Positions 1 through 10,414 of a stretch of 64,000 bases of DNA are shown one piece after another. Position 1 is the first letter of the stretch; the number at the start of each line of letters is the position of its first letter. The position numbers and the translations under genes are program-made. The notes beneath the pieces were generated by a model. That model had not been told where the DNA came from, did not search any database, and saw only the letters and a program-made list of their open reading frames with translations. The DNA comes from Alphaproteobacteria bacterium (GTDB lineage: Bacteria > Pseudomonadota > Alphaproteobacteria > Bin95). The DNA is taken from contig OZ224045.1 in NCBI GenBank assembly GCA_963665325.3, positions 2,400,001-2,464,000 of the forward strand, written 5' to 3'.

Positions 1-156
1 GTCGTGAAGCAGCCGAGGCTCGGACCCATATGGCGGTCGGAAGCCGGCATGCCGAGTCGTCCATAGACCTCGAGCCAGGCATCCATGCGGCCGGGATGGA
101 AGTCGTAACTGCGTTGTTCGATCAACATGGGGCGAACGAGGCTCCTTCGCAGGGGA

Positions 157-828
157 TCAGGGGTCGAGGCGGACCCGGTCGCCGTACCGGGTGCCGTGGT
201 AAAGCGGTACCGGATGGGATGGATGCGGGCGGCCGACTTCGGCCGTCCGGTGCCGCACCTCCTCCAGCGCCCTGGCGGTGACGCCGGGCGTGGCGGGCAT
301 CGCGACAGCGCGGTCGATGGCGATCCATTGCAGGTCCTGCAGTTCCCCGCTGCCGCCGAGTTCGCCCTCGGCATGGCGGCTGTCGGCGAGGAAGAAGCGC
401 GCGTGAAAGCGCCGCACATCGCCGCGCGGCGTGATCGCCCGGAACACATAGTCGAGCACATCGAGCCTGGGGGCGAGGCCCGTCTCGTAGAAGGGATGCC
501 AGGAGGCCGGGATGCGGTCCATATCCTGCAGTCCGTCATGCGGGGTGCCGACGGCGAGCCCCGTTTCCTCGAACGCCTCCCGGATGGCGGCCAGGCCGAG
601 CGCGCGCGCGCGCCTTGCCGTCGCATTGCGCTGCAGGCATTCGAGCACCGGCCTGCGAAGGTCTCCCAGCGGCTGGACGCGCCCGTCTTCGGGATCGACC
701 CTGCCGCCGGGAAACACGAACGTGTTGGGCATGAAGGCGTGGCGCGGCGACCGGCGCCCCATTAACACCTCGATTTCCTCCGCCTTCCGGCGGTAGAGAA
801 TGAGCGTGGCGGCGTCGCGCGGTCGCAT
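157..828 (-). CDS. NUDIX hydrolase
   Basis: Start reassigned to ATG at 828 (MRPRDAATLIL). FVFPGGRVD and AAIREAFEETG form the Nudix box. Confidence 0.85.
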   Translation of the reverse strand: MRPRDAATLILYRRKAEEIEVLMGRRSPRHAFMPNTFVFPGGRVDPEDGRVQPLGDLRRPVLECLQRNATARRARALGLAAIREAFEETGLAVGTPHDGLQDMDRIPASWHPFYETGLAPRLDVLDYVFRAITPRGDVRRFHARFFLADSRHAEGELGGSGELQDLQWIAIDRAVAMPATPGVTARALEEVRHRTAEVGRPHPSHPVPLYHGTRYGDRVRLDP

Positions 829-936
829 AAGGCATTCCTGAATTGCGGGGAGTCCGAGTCTGCCGGATTCCTCGCGCTGCCGACAGGGAGAATTCCGGGC
901 TACTATCGCCGCAGCGGCACGGGGGGAGATGCAGGC

Positions 937-2142
937 ATGGCGAAGGCGTTCGACGGGGTGCGGGTGATCGATTTCACGCAGGTGATCGCCGGCCCGTTTT
1001 GTACGCAGCACCTGGCAATGATGGGCGCCGATGTCATCAAGCTGGAACAGCGGACCGGCGGCGACCAGGGACGCTACCTGATCGGAGACAACGATCTCGG
1101 CCGGCTCGGCATGTCGCCGATGTTCCTGTCGATCAACTCCGGGAAGCGGGCGCTTACGCTCGACCTCAAGCATCCCCGTGCCTGCGAGGTGGTGCACCGC
1201 CTTGTCGCCGGGGCGAACATTGTGGTCGAGAATTTCAAGGCTGGCACCATGGACAGGCTCGGCTTCGGCTACGAAGCGTTGAAGGCGATCCGGCCGGGCC
1301 TCGTCTTCTGTTCCATCTCGGGTTACGGGCAGACCGGCGCCTATGCCGGCGCGCCGGCCTATGACGGTGCGATCCAGGCGGCGTCGGGCATGATGTCGGT
1401 CACCGGCCATCCCGACACCGGGCCGGTGCGGGCGGGCTTTACGGCGGTGGATCTCTCCACGGGCATTACCGCCGCCTTCGCCTGCGCCTCGGCGCTCTAC
1501 CGCCAGAAGGCGACGGGCGAGGGCCAGCATCTCGACGTGACCATGTTCGAGGCGTCGCTCTCAATGCTCGCCCCGCTGCTGATCGACTACCTGACCACCG
1601 GCAGTCTGGCCCGGCCGGTCGGCAACTCATCGCCGGCGCGGATCCCGACGGCGGACTCATTCCGCGTCAAGGACGGATCGCTCCTGATGACCTGCCTGAC
1701 CGAGCGCCAGTGGCAGGGCCTCTGCGGGGCGCTCGACCGCCCAGGCCTGGCCGCCGACCCGCGCTTCGCCGACAACGAAACGCGCAAGGCAAACCAGGAG
1801 GCCCTGCGGGCGGCGCTGGAGGAAGCGTTTGCAACCGACACGCCGGACGGGTGGACGAGACGGCTGGCGGCCGCGGGCGTGCCAGCGGCGCCGATCAACG
1901 ACATTTCGCAGGCGCTGGACCATCCGGCCCTTGCCGAGCGCCGGTTCGTCGAGCGCCGCCCGGGGCCGGCCGGCATCGACCGCGACGTCTATACCGTCAA
2001 CCCGGCCTTCCTCGCCGAACCCGACGGGCCCGGGACCGCCCGCCCGCCGCCGGAGCACGGCGCGCACAGCGACGAAATCCTCTCCGAGATCGGTTATTCG
2101 GAAGCGGAGATCGGCGATCTGCGCGAGGCGGGCGCTGTCTGA
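937..2142 (+). CDS. CoA transferase family III (CaiB/BaiF)
   Basis: GVRVIDFTQVIAGPF, GADVIKLE, NSGKRALTLDLK, SISGYGQTG, PAYD. Confidence 0.92.
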   Translation: MAKAFDGVRVIDFTQVIAGPFCTQHLAMMGADVIKLEQRTGGDQGRYLIGDNDLGRLGMSPMFLSINSGKRALTLDLKHPRACEVVHRLVAGANIVVENFKAGTMDRLGFGYEALKAIRPGLVFCSISGYGQTGAYAGAPAYDGAIQAASGMMSVTGHPDTGPVRAGFTAVDLSTGITAAFACASALYRQKATGEGQHLDVTMFEASLSMLAPLLIDYLTTGSLARPVGNSSPARIPTADSFRVKDGSLLMTCLTERQWQGLCGALDRPGLAADPRFADNETRKANQEALRAALEEAFATDTPDGWTRRLAAAGVPAAPINDISQALDHPALAERRFVERRPGPAGIDRDVYTVNPAFLAEPDGPGTARPPPEHGAHSDEILSEIGYSEAEIGDLREAGAV

Positions 2143-4310
2143 GCCCGCCGCCCGCCGGGCAGGACTCCCTGCGTCGCAAACGTATCGCCCAGGTCCCGGA
2201 AGACGAGGCGAACCGTGACCCGGTTGTCCGCATCGCCTCCGGCAACCTTGTATTCCCGCTCGAGAGCCGCCTCGAACAGCAGACACTCGTCCCCGTATTT
2301 CAGGCCGGCGCCGCCGAGCAGTGAGCGGCCCGCTTCCAGATCCCGCCGGTACCGGCTGAAGGTGGACCAGTTCGTGTCCATTTCTGCGCTCAGGATGACG
2401 TCGATCTGCTCGCGTGCCTCATCTTCTCCCACCGGCATCGGATCGGGGTCGTTGACGCCGACAGCCCTGGCGTAACGGGCCTCGAAGCGCAGCGGGTCCA
2501 GGTCCACCGAAAGGTCGAGAGCGGTCTGCCGGGCGGTGAGGTCGTCCTTGTCAAGACGGAAGCGGTAGCCGAGCGAGGTCCTGTCTCCGGCGGTCAGACC
2601 GATTCTGCCGACGATATCGGAAACGGCGGTATCGAGCCCGGAGCCCGGCGGCGCATCCCGGTTCGCCTTCCGGCGCCGGCTCTGCCCGATGCCGGTTTCG
2701 ATATGCCAGTCGCTCTGGCTATGGAGACCGACCTGGAGTCCGTAATCGACGCGCTGGCCTGTCTCTGCGCCGTCCAGTCCCGGAAACCGGTTGAGCGCGA
2801 AGAGGTTGGCGAATTCGAACTCGACGGCCCGGTTGTCCTCCATGGGGAATTCGTCGGCATCGGCGCTGTTCCGGCCGAGCACGACCTGCGCCCTGGGCTC
2901 GACCGTCAGCTGCAGGTCTTCCATCCCGCCGGCCAGCAGGTAGCTCCAGCCGGCGGAGGCCTGCGGCAGCAGGCGGGCGTTGCTGTCGTCCGCGGCATTG
3001 TCCTCATGCACGAGGTCCCCATGCGCGAAGTCCGCCCGCAGGCCGGCGCCGGCTTCAAGGCGGTGGCCGCCGTCGGTGAAGCGCTCCAGCCGCCAGCGGC
3101 CCTCGAGCGTCACGCGCTGGTTTTCGTCATCGCGCCGGCGGTGCAGGGCGGCCCCGGCCGCCTGCAACAGCCATATTCCGTCCGGCGACGGGCCGCTTTG
3201 CCATTCGTAGAGGAGTTCAGGCGCCGCCAAAGGGGATGCCTCGCCCGACACGCCTTCGCGCAATTCCTGGACGTCGAATGCCCCAATACGCGCATAGCCT
3301 CGGTCGAAGAACCCTTCCGCTTCGGCGAAGCTCGGCAATGTTTCGCTGCCATCGAACCCGACCAGGTCGAGATAGCCGTCGTCCGAGGTTCGGTAGAACT
3401 CGCCCCGGAGACGCCATTCGTCGCTTGCATGCGTCTCGCCCTTGAGACGGATATGCCCGCGCGGCCCGCTGCCTGCCCGTTCCTTCGCCACCTTGTCGAG
3501 AGTCGCGAGGCTGCCGGAAACCTCCAAGCGCCCCCCATCGAACAGATGCCGGTACTCGCCAGCGCCCACAAAGCCGCGCTCAGCGACGATGATCGGAATG
3601 AAGGTCGCGTCCTCGTTCGGCGCGATATTCCAGAACCACGGCGTTTCGACCCGGGCGCCGAGGCCGCTGCGATGCCCGACCGTCGGCGCGAGGAAGCCGG
3701 TCTTGCGGGTGACGTCCGGGTCGGGGTGGCTGAGATACGGGGTGTAGAGTACCGGAACCCCCCACATCTCCAGCACGGCGTCGCGGTAAGTCACCTGCTG
3801 TTCGACCCTGTCGTGGGTGACGCGCCGAGCCTTCACCTGCCATACCGGCGCCTCGGACGGGTCCTCGCCACAGGGCTCGCAGGCGGAATACACGGCCTGG
3901 TTGAGGTCGGCCCGCGTGCCGCCGTGTAACTGTCCCCAGCTTGCCGCCAGCCGCGAACCGGTACCGAGCCGGGCCTTGAATTGCTCGACGAAACCGTCCC
4001 TGAGATCTTCGGTAAGTTCGATTGAATCCGCGAACAGGACCTCGCCGTCCGGTTCGATCAGGGTGACGTTGCCGTTCGCCCGTGCAATTCCGGTATTCCG
4101 GTCGAGAACGACCCGGTCCGCGCGCAGGACGCGCCCCTCGCGGGCCAGTTCGACATTGCCCACGGCCGTCACGACATTGCGTTCGCGATCGAAATCGAGC
4201 CGGTCGGCCTGGAAGAGGAGCGGTTCGCGCCCCGCGCCGGCGCCGGTCTGAGCCGCAGCGCCGGAGCCTATCGCCAGGCTCAACAGCAGAAGGACACGGA
4301 GCGCCTTCAC
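2094..4310 (-). CDS. lptD: LPS-assembly outer-membrane protein LptD
   Basis: Signal peptide, OstA-like N-domain (AVGNVEL, LRADRV), YSACEPC, PYLSHPDP-RKTGFLAP, C-terminal Y-DECL. Confidence 0.88.
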   Translation of the reverse strand: MKALRVLLLLSLAIGSGAAAQTGAGAGREPLLFQADRLDFDRERNVVTAVGNVELAREGRVLRADRVVLDRNTGIARANGNVTLIEPDGEVLFADSIELTEDLRDGFVEQFKARLGTGSRLAASWGQLHGGTRADLNQAVYSACEPCGEDPSEAPVWQVKARRVTHDRVEQQVTYRDAVLEMWGVPVLYTPYLSHPDPDVTRKTGFLAPTVGHRSGLGARVETPWFWNIAPNEDATFIPIIVAERGFVGAGEYRHLFDGGRLEVSGSLATLDKVAKERAGSGPRGHIRLKGETHASDEWRLRGEFYRTSDDGYLDLVGFDGSETLPSFAEAEGFFDRGYARIGAFDVQELREGVSGEASPLAAPELLYEWQSGPSPDGIWLLQAAGAALHRRRDDENQRVTLEGRWRLERFTDGGHRLEAGAGLRADFAHGDLVHEDNAADDSNARLLPQASAGWSYLLAGGMEDLQLTVEPRAQVVLGRNSADADEFPMEDNRAVEFEFANLFALNRFPGLDGAETGQRVDYGLQVGLHSQSDWHIETGIGQSRRRKANRDAPPGSGLDTAVSDIVGRIGLTAGDRTSLGYRFRLDKDDLTARQTALDLSVDLDPLRFEARYARAVGVNDPDPMPVGEDEAREQIDVILSAEMDTNWSTFSRYRRDLEAGRSLLGGAGLKYGDECLLFEAALEREYKVAGGDADNRVTVRLVFRDLGDTFATQGVLPGGRRAQTAPASRRSPISASE

Positions 4311-6064
4311 CGACCGGCCGCGTAGCCTTGCATGAGGCGGGGATTGGCGGCCGCCTTCAACAACCCGTCATCGCGCGCGCAGGCGCTGATTCGCCCGATG
4401 CTCCAGGGGCCGATGATTTCCACATCGTGACCGCGACGGCCGAGTTCAGCAACGGTGTCCGCGGGCAGGCGTTCCTCTACAGCAAGCCGGCCGGGGTCGG
4501 CCTGGCGCGGGTAGAAGGACGACGGGAAATGGTGGCTCTGGAAGGTGGGCGCATCGATTGCCGCCTGCAGGTTCATGCCGTGGTGGATATGGCGTAGGAA
4601 GAAGATCAGCGACCACTGGTCTTGCCCGTCGCCGCCCGGCGTGCCGAAGGCCATCCAGGGCTCGCCGTCGCGGAAGGCGAAGGAGGGGCTGAGCGTGGTG
4701 CGGGGCCGTTTCCCCGGCGCGAGCGAGCCCGGCAGGCCCTCTTCCAGCCAGAACATCTGCATCCGCGAGCCGAGGCAGAAGCCGAGCGAGGGGATGACGG
4801 GCGAGCTTTGCAGCCAGCCGCCGGAGGGCGTCGCCGAGACCATGTTGCCCCAGCGGTCGATCACATCGAGGTGGCAGGTGTCGCCGTCGGCCAGTGCCAT
4901 GGTGGGCTCGCCCGCGCCCAGCACCGGGCCGCGCCGCTCGCCGACGCGCACCGTCGAAGCGAAGCCGTCCACCGCGCCCGGGCGAATCTCCCGGCTGGCC
5001 TCCCCGCCGACAAGCTTGCGCCGCTCGTCGTTGTAATCGTCCGACAACAACCGCTCCATCGGCACATCGACATGGGCCGGATCGCCGTAGAACGCCTCGC
5101 GGTCGGCGAAAGCAAGTTTTGCGCATTCAACAACGACATGCGCGAAATCAGCGCCGAGCGGGTCCATGCCTTCGATGTCGAACCCCTTGAGCAGCGCCAA
5201 TTGCTGCAGGAACACGGGTGCTTGCGACCAGGGCCCGGCCTTGGCGACCCGGTAGCGGCCGTAATCGTAGGTGAGCGGTTCCTCATAACTCGCCCGCCAG
5301 TTCGCCATGTCGTCGCCGGCGAGCAGGCCCCGATGGTGCCGGCCCGAGCTGTCCATGACTTCGCTGCCGGCTGCGAAATCGGCTATCGCCGCCGCGATGA
5401 AACCCTCCTGGAAGATGCGCCGGGCCGCCTCTATCCGGTCCTCCCGCGAACGCCCGGCGGATTCGGCTTCCTCGACCAGCCGCGTCCAGGTCCGCGCGAG
5501 CGCCGGATTGCGGAACAGCTTGCCGGCCTCCGGCAGCCGCCCGCCTGGCAGATAGACCGCTGCGGACGTTGGCCATTCTTCGCGGAACAGCGCTTCCACC
5601 GAGGCGATGGTTGCGACCGCGTGGCCGACCAGCGGGTAGCCGCCGCCGGCGAATTCGATGGCGGGGCGCAGCAGCCGTGCCAGCTCCATCGTGCCGTAGT
5701 CGCGCGCGATCGACAGCCATGCATCGACCGCACCCGGAACGCAGGTCGCCAGCAGGCCGGTCCCCGGCACGATGTCGAGGCCGAGCCCGCGGAACGCGTC
5801 GATAGACGCCGCCCCGGGCGCCGGCCCCTGGCCGCAGACGACCCGCAGGCGCTCTTCGTCCGCGCTCCATATCAGCGCGGGCATGTCGCCGCCGGGGCCG
5901 TTGAGATGCGGCTCGACCACCTGCAGCGCGAAACCGGCGGCGACCGCCGCATCGAAGGCGTTGCCGCCCTCTTCCAGCACGGCCATGGCGGTGGCCGACG
6001 CGAGCCAGTGGGTTGAGGCCGCAACGCCGAAGGTGCCGAGCAATTCAGGACGAGTGGTGAACAT
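4307..6064 (-). CDS. ggt: Gamma-glutamyltransferase family protein
   Basis: GGNAFDAAVA, nucleophile DTCHLDV, PGKRPRTTLSP, GTPGGD. Confidence 0.92.
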   Translation of the reverse strand: MFTTRPELLGTFGVAASTHWLASATAMAVLEEGGNAFDAAVAAGFALQVVEPHLNGPGGDMPALIWSADEERLRVVCGQGPAPGAASIDAFRGLGLDIVPGTGLLATCVPGAVDAWLSIARDYGTMELARLLRPAIEFAGGGYPLVGHAVATIASVEALFREEWPTSAAVYLPGGRLPEAGKLFRNPALARTWTRLVEEAESAGRSREDRIEAARRIFQEGFIAAAIADFAAGSEVMDSSGRHHRGLLAGDDMANWRASYEEPLTYDYGRYRVAKAGPWSQAPVFLQQLALLKGFDIEGMDPLGADFAHVVVECAKLAFADREAFYGDPAHVDVPMERLLSDDYNDERRKLVGGEASREIRPGAVDGFASTVRVGERRGPVLGAGEPTMALADGDTCHLDVIDRWGNMVSATPSGGWLQSSPVIPSLGFCLGSRMQMFWLEEGLPGSLAPGKRPRTTLSPSFAFRDGEPWMAFGTPGGDGQDQWSLIFFLRHIHHGMNLQAAIDAPTFQSHHFPSSFYPRQADPGRLAVEERLPADTVAELGRRGHDVEIIGPWSIGRISACARDDGLLKAAANPRLMQGYAAGR

Positions 6065-6133
6065 GGGCTGCGACTCTATCCGCTCGCGGGCCTGCTATAA
6101 AGCCATGCCGAACGGAAGCGGGGGAATGGCAAA

Positions 6134-7324
6134 ATGGGCGAACGGCCGATGGACGGCATCCGGGTTCTGGATGCGGCAACCTTCATTGCCGGCCCGCACG
6201 CGGCGACGATCCTGGGCGAGTTCGGCGCGGAGATCGTCAAGATCGAGCAGCCCGGCGGGGACCCATGGCGGCGCTACGGCACGCCGAGCGCCCGCGCCGA
6301 CAGCTCGCTCGCCTGGCTCAGCGAGTCGCGCAACAAGCGCTCGATCACGCTCAACCTCCGTGCGCCCGAAGGGGCTGCCCTGTTCCGCCGGCTGGCGGCG
6401 GATGCCGACGTGGTGTGCGAGAATTTCCGCCCCGGCACCATGGAGCGCTGGGGCCTCGGCTACGATGAACTGTCGGCGGCCAATCCGGGCCTCGTCATGC
6501 TGCGGGTCACCGGCTACGGCCAGACCGGGCCCTACCGCCAGCGTCCGGGCTTCGCCCGCATCGCCCACGCGTTCGGTGGCCTCACCCATCTTGCAGGCTT
6601 TCCCGGCGGTCCGCCGGTAACGCCCGGCTCGACCTCGCTCGGCGATTACATGACAGGTATGTACGGGGCGCTCGGCGTGCTGATGGCGCTCCGCGAGCGG
6701 GATCGCTCCGGCCTCGGTCAGGTCATCGACCTTGCGCTTTTCGAGCCGGTGTTCCGGGTGCTTGACGAGCTTGCGCCCGCCTACGACGCCGTGGGGACGA
6801 TACGCGGACCCGAGGGGTCGAACACGCTCAATGCCTGCCCGCACGGGCATTTTGAATGCGGCGACGGCCGCTGGATCGCCATTGCCTGCACCAGCGACAA
6901 GATGTTCGAGCGCCTGACCGGCGCCATGCAGCGGCCGGACCTGCAGGAGCGCTATGGCGAGGCCCGCGCCCGGCTGGCGGAGCGCGAGGTCGTGGACGAG
7001 GCCGTTGCGGCCTGGCTCGGCGCGGTGGACCGCGACGACGCGATGGATCGCTGCCTTGCGGCGGAGGTGCCGGTCGGGCCCGTCAACGCAGTCGATGAGA
7101 TTTTCGCCGACGCGCATTTCGCCGCGCGGGACGCGATCCTGCGGATCGACGATGCCGATACCGGGGAGATCGCGGTGCCCGGCGTCGTGCCGAAGCTCTC
7201 CCGCACGCCCGGCCGGGTGGACCGGCTGGGCCCCGCCCTCGGCGAAGCGAACGAGTCGGTTTACGGCGCGCTCGGCCTTTCTTCGGAGGACATCGCCGAA
7301 CTCGCCCGCAAGGGCGTCGTCTGA
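6134..7324 (+). CDS. CoA transferase family III (CaiB/BaiF)
   Basis: GIRVLD, GAEIVKIEQPGGD, RNKRSITLNL, ENFRPGT, GYGQTGPY. Confidence 0.92.
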   Translation: MGERPMDGIRVLDAATFIAGPHAATILGEFGAEIVKIEQPGGDPWRRYGTPSARADSSLAWLSESRNKRSITLNLRAPEGAALFRRLAADADVVCENFRPGTMERWGLGYDELSAANPGLVMLRVTGYGQTGPYRQRPGFARIAHAFGGLTHLAGFPGGPPVTPGSTSLGDYMTGMYGALGVLMALRERDRSGLGQVIDLALFEPVFRVLDELAPAYDAVGTIRGPEGSNTLNACPHGHFECGDGRWIAIACTSDKMFERLTGAMQRPDLQERYGEARARLAEREVVDEAVAAWLGAVDRDDAMDRCLAAEVPVGPVNAVDEIFADAHFAARDAILRIDDADTGEIAVPGVVPKLSRTPGRVDRLGPALGEANESVYGALGLSSEDIAELARKGVV

Positions 7325-7417
7325 AACGGGCTCGCCTCGACAGGCGGGTTCGGGAGTGGCTATTCTGCCAAGTCCGTTTGCCGGGCTGTAAACCGGGGGA
7401 GCTTGGGGGGAAGCCGT

Positions 7418-7864
7418 TTGCCGAAATCGGACCTGATCGCCGGTATCGTGTTGCTGGTTTTCGGCCTCGTCATGCTGGCCGTGGTTATCCCGACCCAGAC
7501 CTCCGAGGGAGGCGACGCGACTATATCGCCGGCGCTGCTGCCGCAGATCTGCTCCGTGGGGATCACCGGCCTCGCTGTCCTGCTGACCTTGCAGGCGACC
7601 GGCCGCCTGCGCCGGGGCGTGGCGGCCGGCGTCGCCGTGCCGGCGGCCGAATGGTGGTCCGCGCTTGCGGTGCTGCTTGCCGTGGTCGCGGCCATTGCGT
7701 TGTTCGTATGGGTTTCGCCGGCGGTGGCGGCCGTGCTGCTGATCGTCGGGCCGATGCTCTATATGGGCGAACGGCGCATCTGGCTGCTTGTGGGCATTCC
7801 CGCTGTGCTGATCGTCGGCGCCTGGTTCCTTTTCTACCGCGTGCTCGGCACGGCAATCGTCTGA
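7418..7864 (+). CDS. tctB: Tripartite tricarboxylate transporter small membrane subunit
   Basis: Four hydrophobic segments, directly upstream of tctA. Start is uncertain (TTG at 7403 or 7418). Confidence 0.75.
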   Translation: MPKSDLIAGIVLLVFGLVMLAVVIPTQTSEGGDATISPALLPQICSVGITGLAVLLTLQATGRLRRGVAAGVAVPAAEWWSALAVLLAVVAAIALFVWVSPAVAAVLLIVGPMLYMGERRIWLLVGIPAVLIVGAWFLFYRVLGTAIV

Positions 7865-7882
7865 CGACGGAGGGCTTTCGCT

Positions 7883-9394
7883 TTGGAATCCTTCCTGCCC
7901 GTTCTCGAATCTGCCTTCGCGCCGGGCAATCTCGCCTGGATCCTGTTCGGCGTCACGCTCGGCTACCTGGTGGGCGCATTGCCGGGCCTCGGCAAGGGCA
8001 CGGCGACGGCCGTCGCCATCCCGCTCACCTTCTACCTCTCGCCGCTCGCAGCCATCGCCTTCCTCGTCGGCATTGCGAAGGGGTCCACCGCCGGCAGCGC
8101 CGTTTCGGCGATCCTGCTGAACACGCCGGGCGAGCCTTCCTCGACGCCGACAGCCATGGCCGGATACCCGCTCGCCCGCGCCGGCAAGGCGCAGAAGGCG
8201 CTGAAGATGGGCCTGTTCGCCTCCGTCATCGGCGACCTGTTCTCGACGATAGTGCTGATCCTGGTCGCGCAGGAACTTGCCGAATATGCGCTCGGCATTG
8301 GCCCGGTGGAGCTGACCGGCATACTCGCCTTCTCTATGGTGTTCATCGCCGGCCTGTCGGGGCGATCGATGATAAAGGGCCTGATCGCGGGGCTGTTCGG
8401 CATTCTCGTCTCCTGTATCGGCCTTGAGGTGGAAACCGGGTCGCCGCGCCTGACCTTCGGCATGATCGAGGTCTATGACGGCCTGCCGCTGATCCCGGTC
8501 GCCATCGGCATGCTGGCGCTCTCGGAAATGATGATCCAGATCGGCCAACGCCAGCGGCTCCAGGAGGAGGCCGACCTGCTCAGGGGCTCCGGCATACGCG
8601 AGGACCGGATCGTCACGCTCGGCGACTGGCGGCGCTCCGCGAGAGCGATATTGCGCGGCTGCCTGATCGGCACCGGGGTCGGCATCCTGCCGGGCCTCGG
8701 CGCGAGCGTCGGCTCGTTCCTTTCCTACGGGGCGGAGCGCAAGGCCTCCGGGCGCGGCGCCGACTTCGAGGAAACCGGAGCCATCGAAGGCGTGGCGGCG
8801 GCGGAGAGCGCCGACAATGCCGTCGTGCCGGCCTCTTTCGTGCCGCTCTTCGCCATCGGCATTCCCGGCAGCGTCATCGCCGCCATCCTCATCGGGGCCT
8901 TCACGATCCAGGGCATCACGCCCGGACCGCTGCTGTTCCTGGAGAACCGCGACCTGATTCTCGGCGTCTATATGTCGATGATCGCGGCAAGCCTGTTCCT
9001 GCTGCTGATCGGCTATTTCGGGCAGAACGTCTTTGCGAGGATCGTTCGTATTTCCCCGGCATTGGTGATGCCGGTCGTGGTGTTTCTGTGCTGTTTAGGC
9101 GCCTATCTCCAGGGCGGCGGGGCTTTCGGTATCGGCGTCATGGTGGTGTTCGGAGTCATCGGCTTCTTCGCCAAGAAATACGACTTTTCGTTCGTCACTT
9201 TCCTGATCGGGTTCGTGATCGGGCCGTCGTTCGAACTATCGCTGCGCCAGACGCTGGGCCTCGTCACCGATGTTTCCGAACTTCTCGACCACCCGGTCGC
9301 GCTCGCTTTCGGCGCATTGGCCGTGTTCGGCGTGTGGAGGCTGACCGTGTTGCAGCGCCGCCAGCACGAAGCTATGGTTCGAGATCAACCTTAG
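7883..9394 (+). CDS. tctA: Tripartite tricarboxylate transporter large membrane subunit
   Basis: GALPGLG, AILLNTPGEP, GVAAAESADNA, GIPGS motifs. Confidence 0.92.
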   Translation: MESFLPVLESAFAPGNLAWILFGVTLGYLVGALPGLGKGTATAVAIPLTFYLSPLAAIAFLVGIAKGSTAGSAVSAILLNTPGEPSSTPTAMAGYPLARAGKAQKALKMGLFASVIGDLFSTIVLILVAQELAEYALGIGPVELTGILAFSMVFIAGLSGRSMIKGLIAGLFGILVSCIGLEVETGSPRLTFGMIEVYDGLPLIPVAIGMLALSEMMIQIGQRQRLQEEADLLRGSGIREDRIVTLGDWRRSARAILRGCLIGTGVGILPGLGASVGSFLSYGAERKASGRGADFEETGAIEGVAAAESADNAVVPASFVPLFAIGIPGSVIAAILIGAFTIQGITPGPLLFLENRDLILGVYMSMIAASLFLLLIGYFGQNVFARIVRISPALVMPVVVFLCCLGAYLQGGGAFGIGVMVVFGVIGFFAKKYDFSFVTFLIGFVIGPSFELSLRQTLGLVTDVSELLDHPVALAFGALAVFGVWRLTVLQRRQHEAMVRDQP

Positions 9395-9444
9395 AAGAGC
9401 GTGGAATAGCGTTCGCAGCGGGCGTTGTTGTCGGGAGGGACAAG

Positions 9445-10395
9445 ATGAGAGCACTTTCGAAGGGAATTTTCGCGGCCTTGTTTGCGCTTTGCGCCGCGTT
9501 GCCGGCGTCGGCGACCGATTGGCCGACGGGCCCGGTTACCATGCTGATCGGCTACAAGGCCGGCGGCGGCACGGACACCAAGGGCCGCGTGCTCGCGAAG
9601 ATCCTGACGCGCGAACTCGGCCAGCAGGTGAATGTCATCAACCGGGCAGGCGGCGGCCAGGCAGTCGCGCTCGAGGGCTTCAAGAACGAGGAGCCCAATG
9701 GCGACATGTTCTTCTTCGGCGCCGTGTCGGGCATAACGCTCAATCCGCAGATCAACTCGGCGCTGCAGTTCAGGGCCGACGACTATGTGTACGCCGGTGG
9801 GTTGACCGAATTCCAGGTGACCATGGTTGCGCCTGCAGACGCGCCGTTCGACGATATGGCCGGCTTCGTCGCCTACGCGAAAGAGAAAGGCAAGATCAAA
9901 TATGCTTCTCTCAGCCCGGGTGCGAAGATCGTCATGCAGGCCATCGCGCGCCAGTCGGGCCTCGAGGTGGACTATATCCCGACCAAGGGCGGGCGCGGCA
10001 TGGTGCAACTCGTGCTTTCCGGCCAGGTCGATTTCGCCTATTCCGGCGGCATCCACGCGCGCTATCCGGGCAAGTTCAAGACCATCGCCGCCGTCTCGAC
10101 CAAGCGCCTCGGCAACTACCCCGACACCGAAACGCTGATCGAAGCGGGCTATGAGGGCGTCGCCATCGATGCTCCGACCGTCGTCGCCTTCCCCAAGGGA
10201 ATCGACCCGGCCATCGTCGCCAAGATGGAGGCGGCGCTGAAAGTCGCGTCCACCGACCCCGACATGATGAAGATTTCGAAGTCGATCAACATGCCGATCG
10301 TTTACCAGACGGCCGCCGAGGCATCGCAGCTTGTCGAGGACTCCGCCGCCGCAATCGCCGTCATGCTGGACACTATCGGCTACAAGGCAAGCTGA
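9445..10395 (+). CDS. tctC: Tripartite tricarboxylate transporter substrate-binding protein (Bug/TctC)
   Basis: Signal peptide, WPTGPVTMLIGYKAGGGTD, N-AGGG; SD GGAGG before ATG 9445. Confidence 0.88.
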   Translation: MRALSKGIFAALFALCAALPASATDWPTGPVTMLIGYKAGGGTDTKGRVLAKILTRELGQQVNVINRAGGGQAVALEGFKNEEPNGDMFFFGAVSGITLNPQINSALQFRADDYVYAGGLTEFQVTMVAPADAPFDDMAGFVAYAKEKGKIKYASLSPGAKIVMQAIARQSGLEVDYIPTKGGRGMVQLVLSGQVDFAYSGGIHARYPGKFKTIAAVSTKRLGNYPDTETLIEAGYEGVAIDAPTVVAFPKGIDPAIVAKMEAALKVASTDPDMMKISKSINMPIVYQTAAEASQLVEDSAAAIAVMLDTIGYKAS

Positions 10396-10414
10396 CACGA
10401 GGAGACCGGCAACC

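Noticed and set aside
6095-8548. Long antisense ORFs (817 aa here; also 20611-22467, 41864-43939, 49461-51218, 58800-60563)
   Set aside because: These are shadow frames of well-supported genes in high-GC DNA, with no recognisable motifs.
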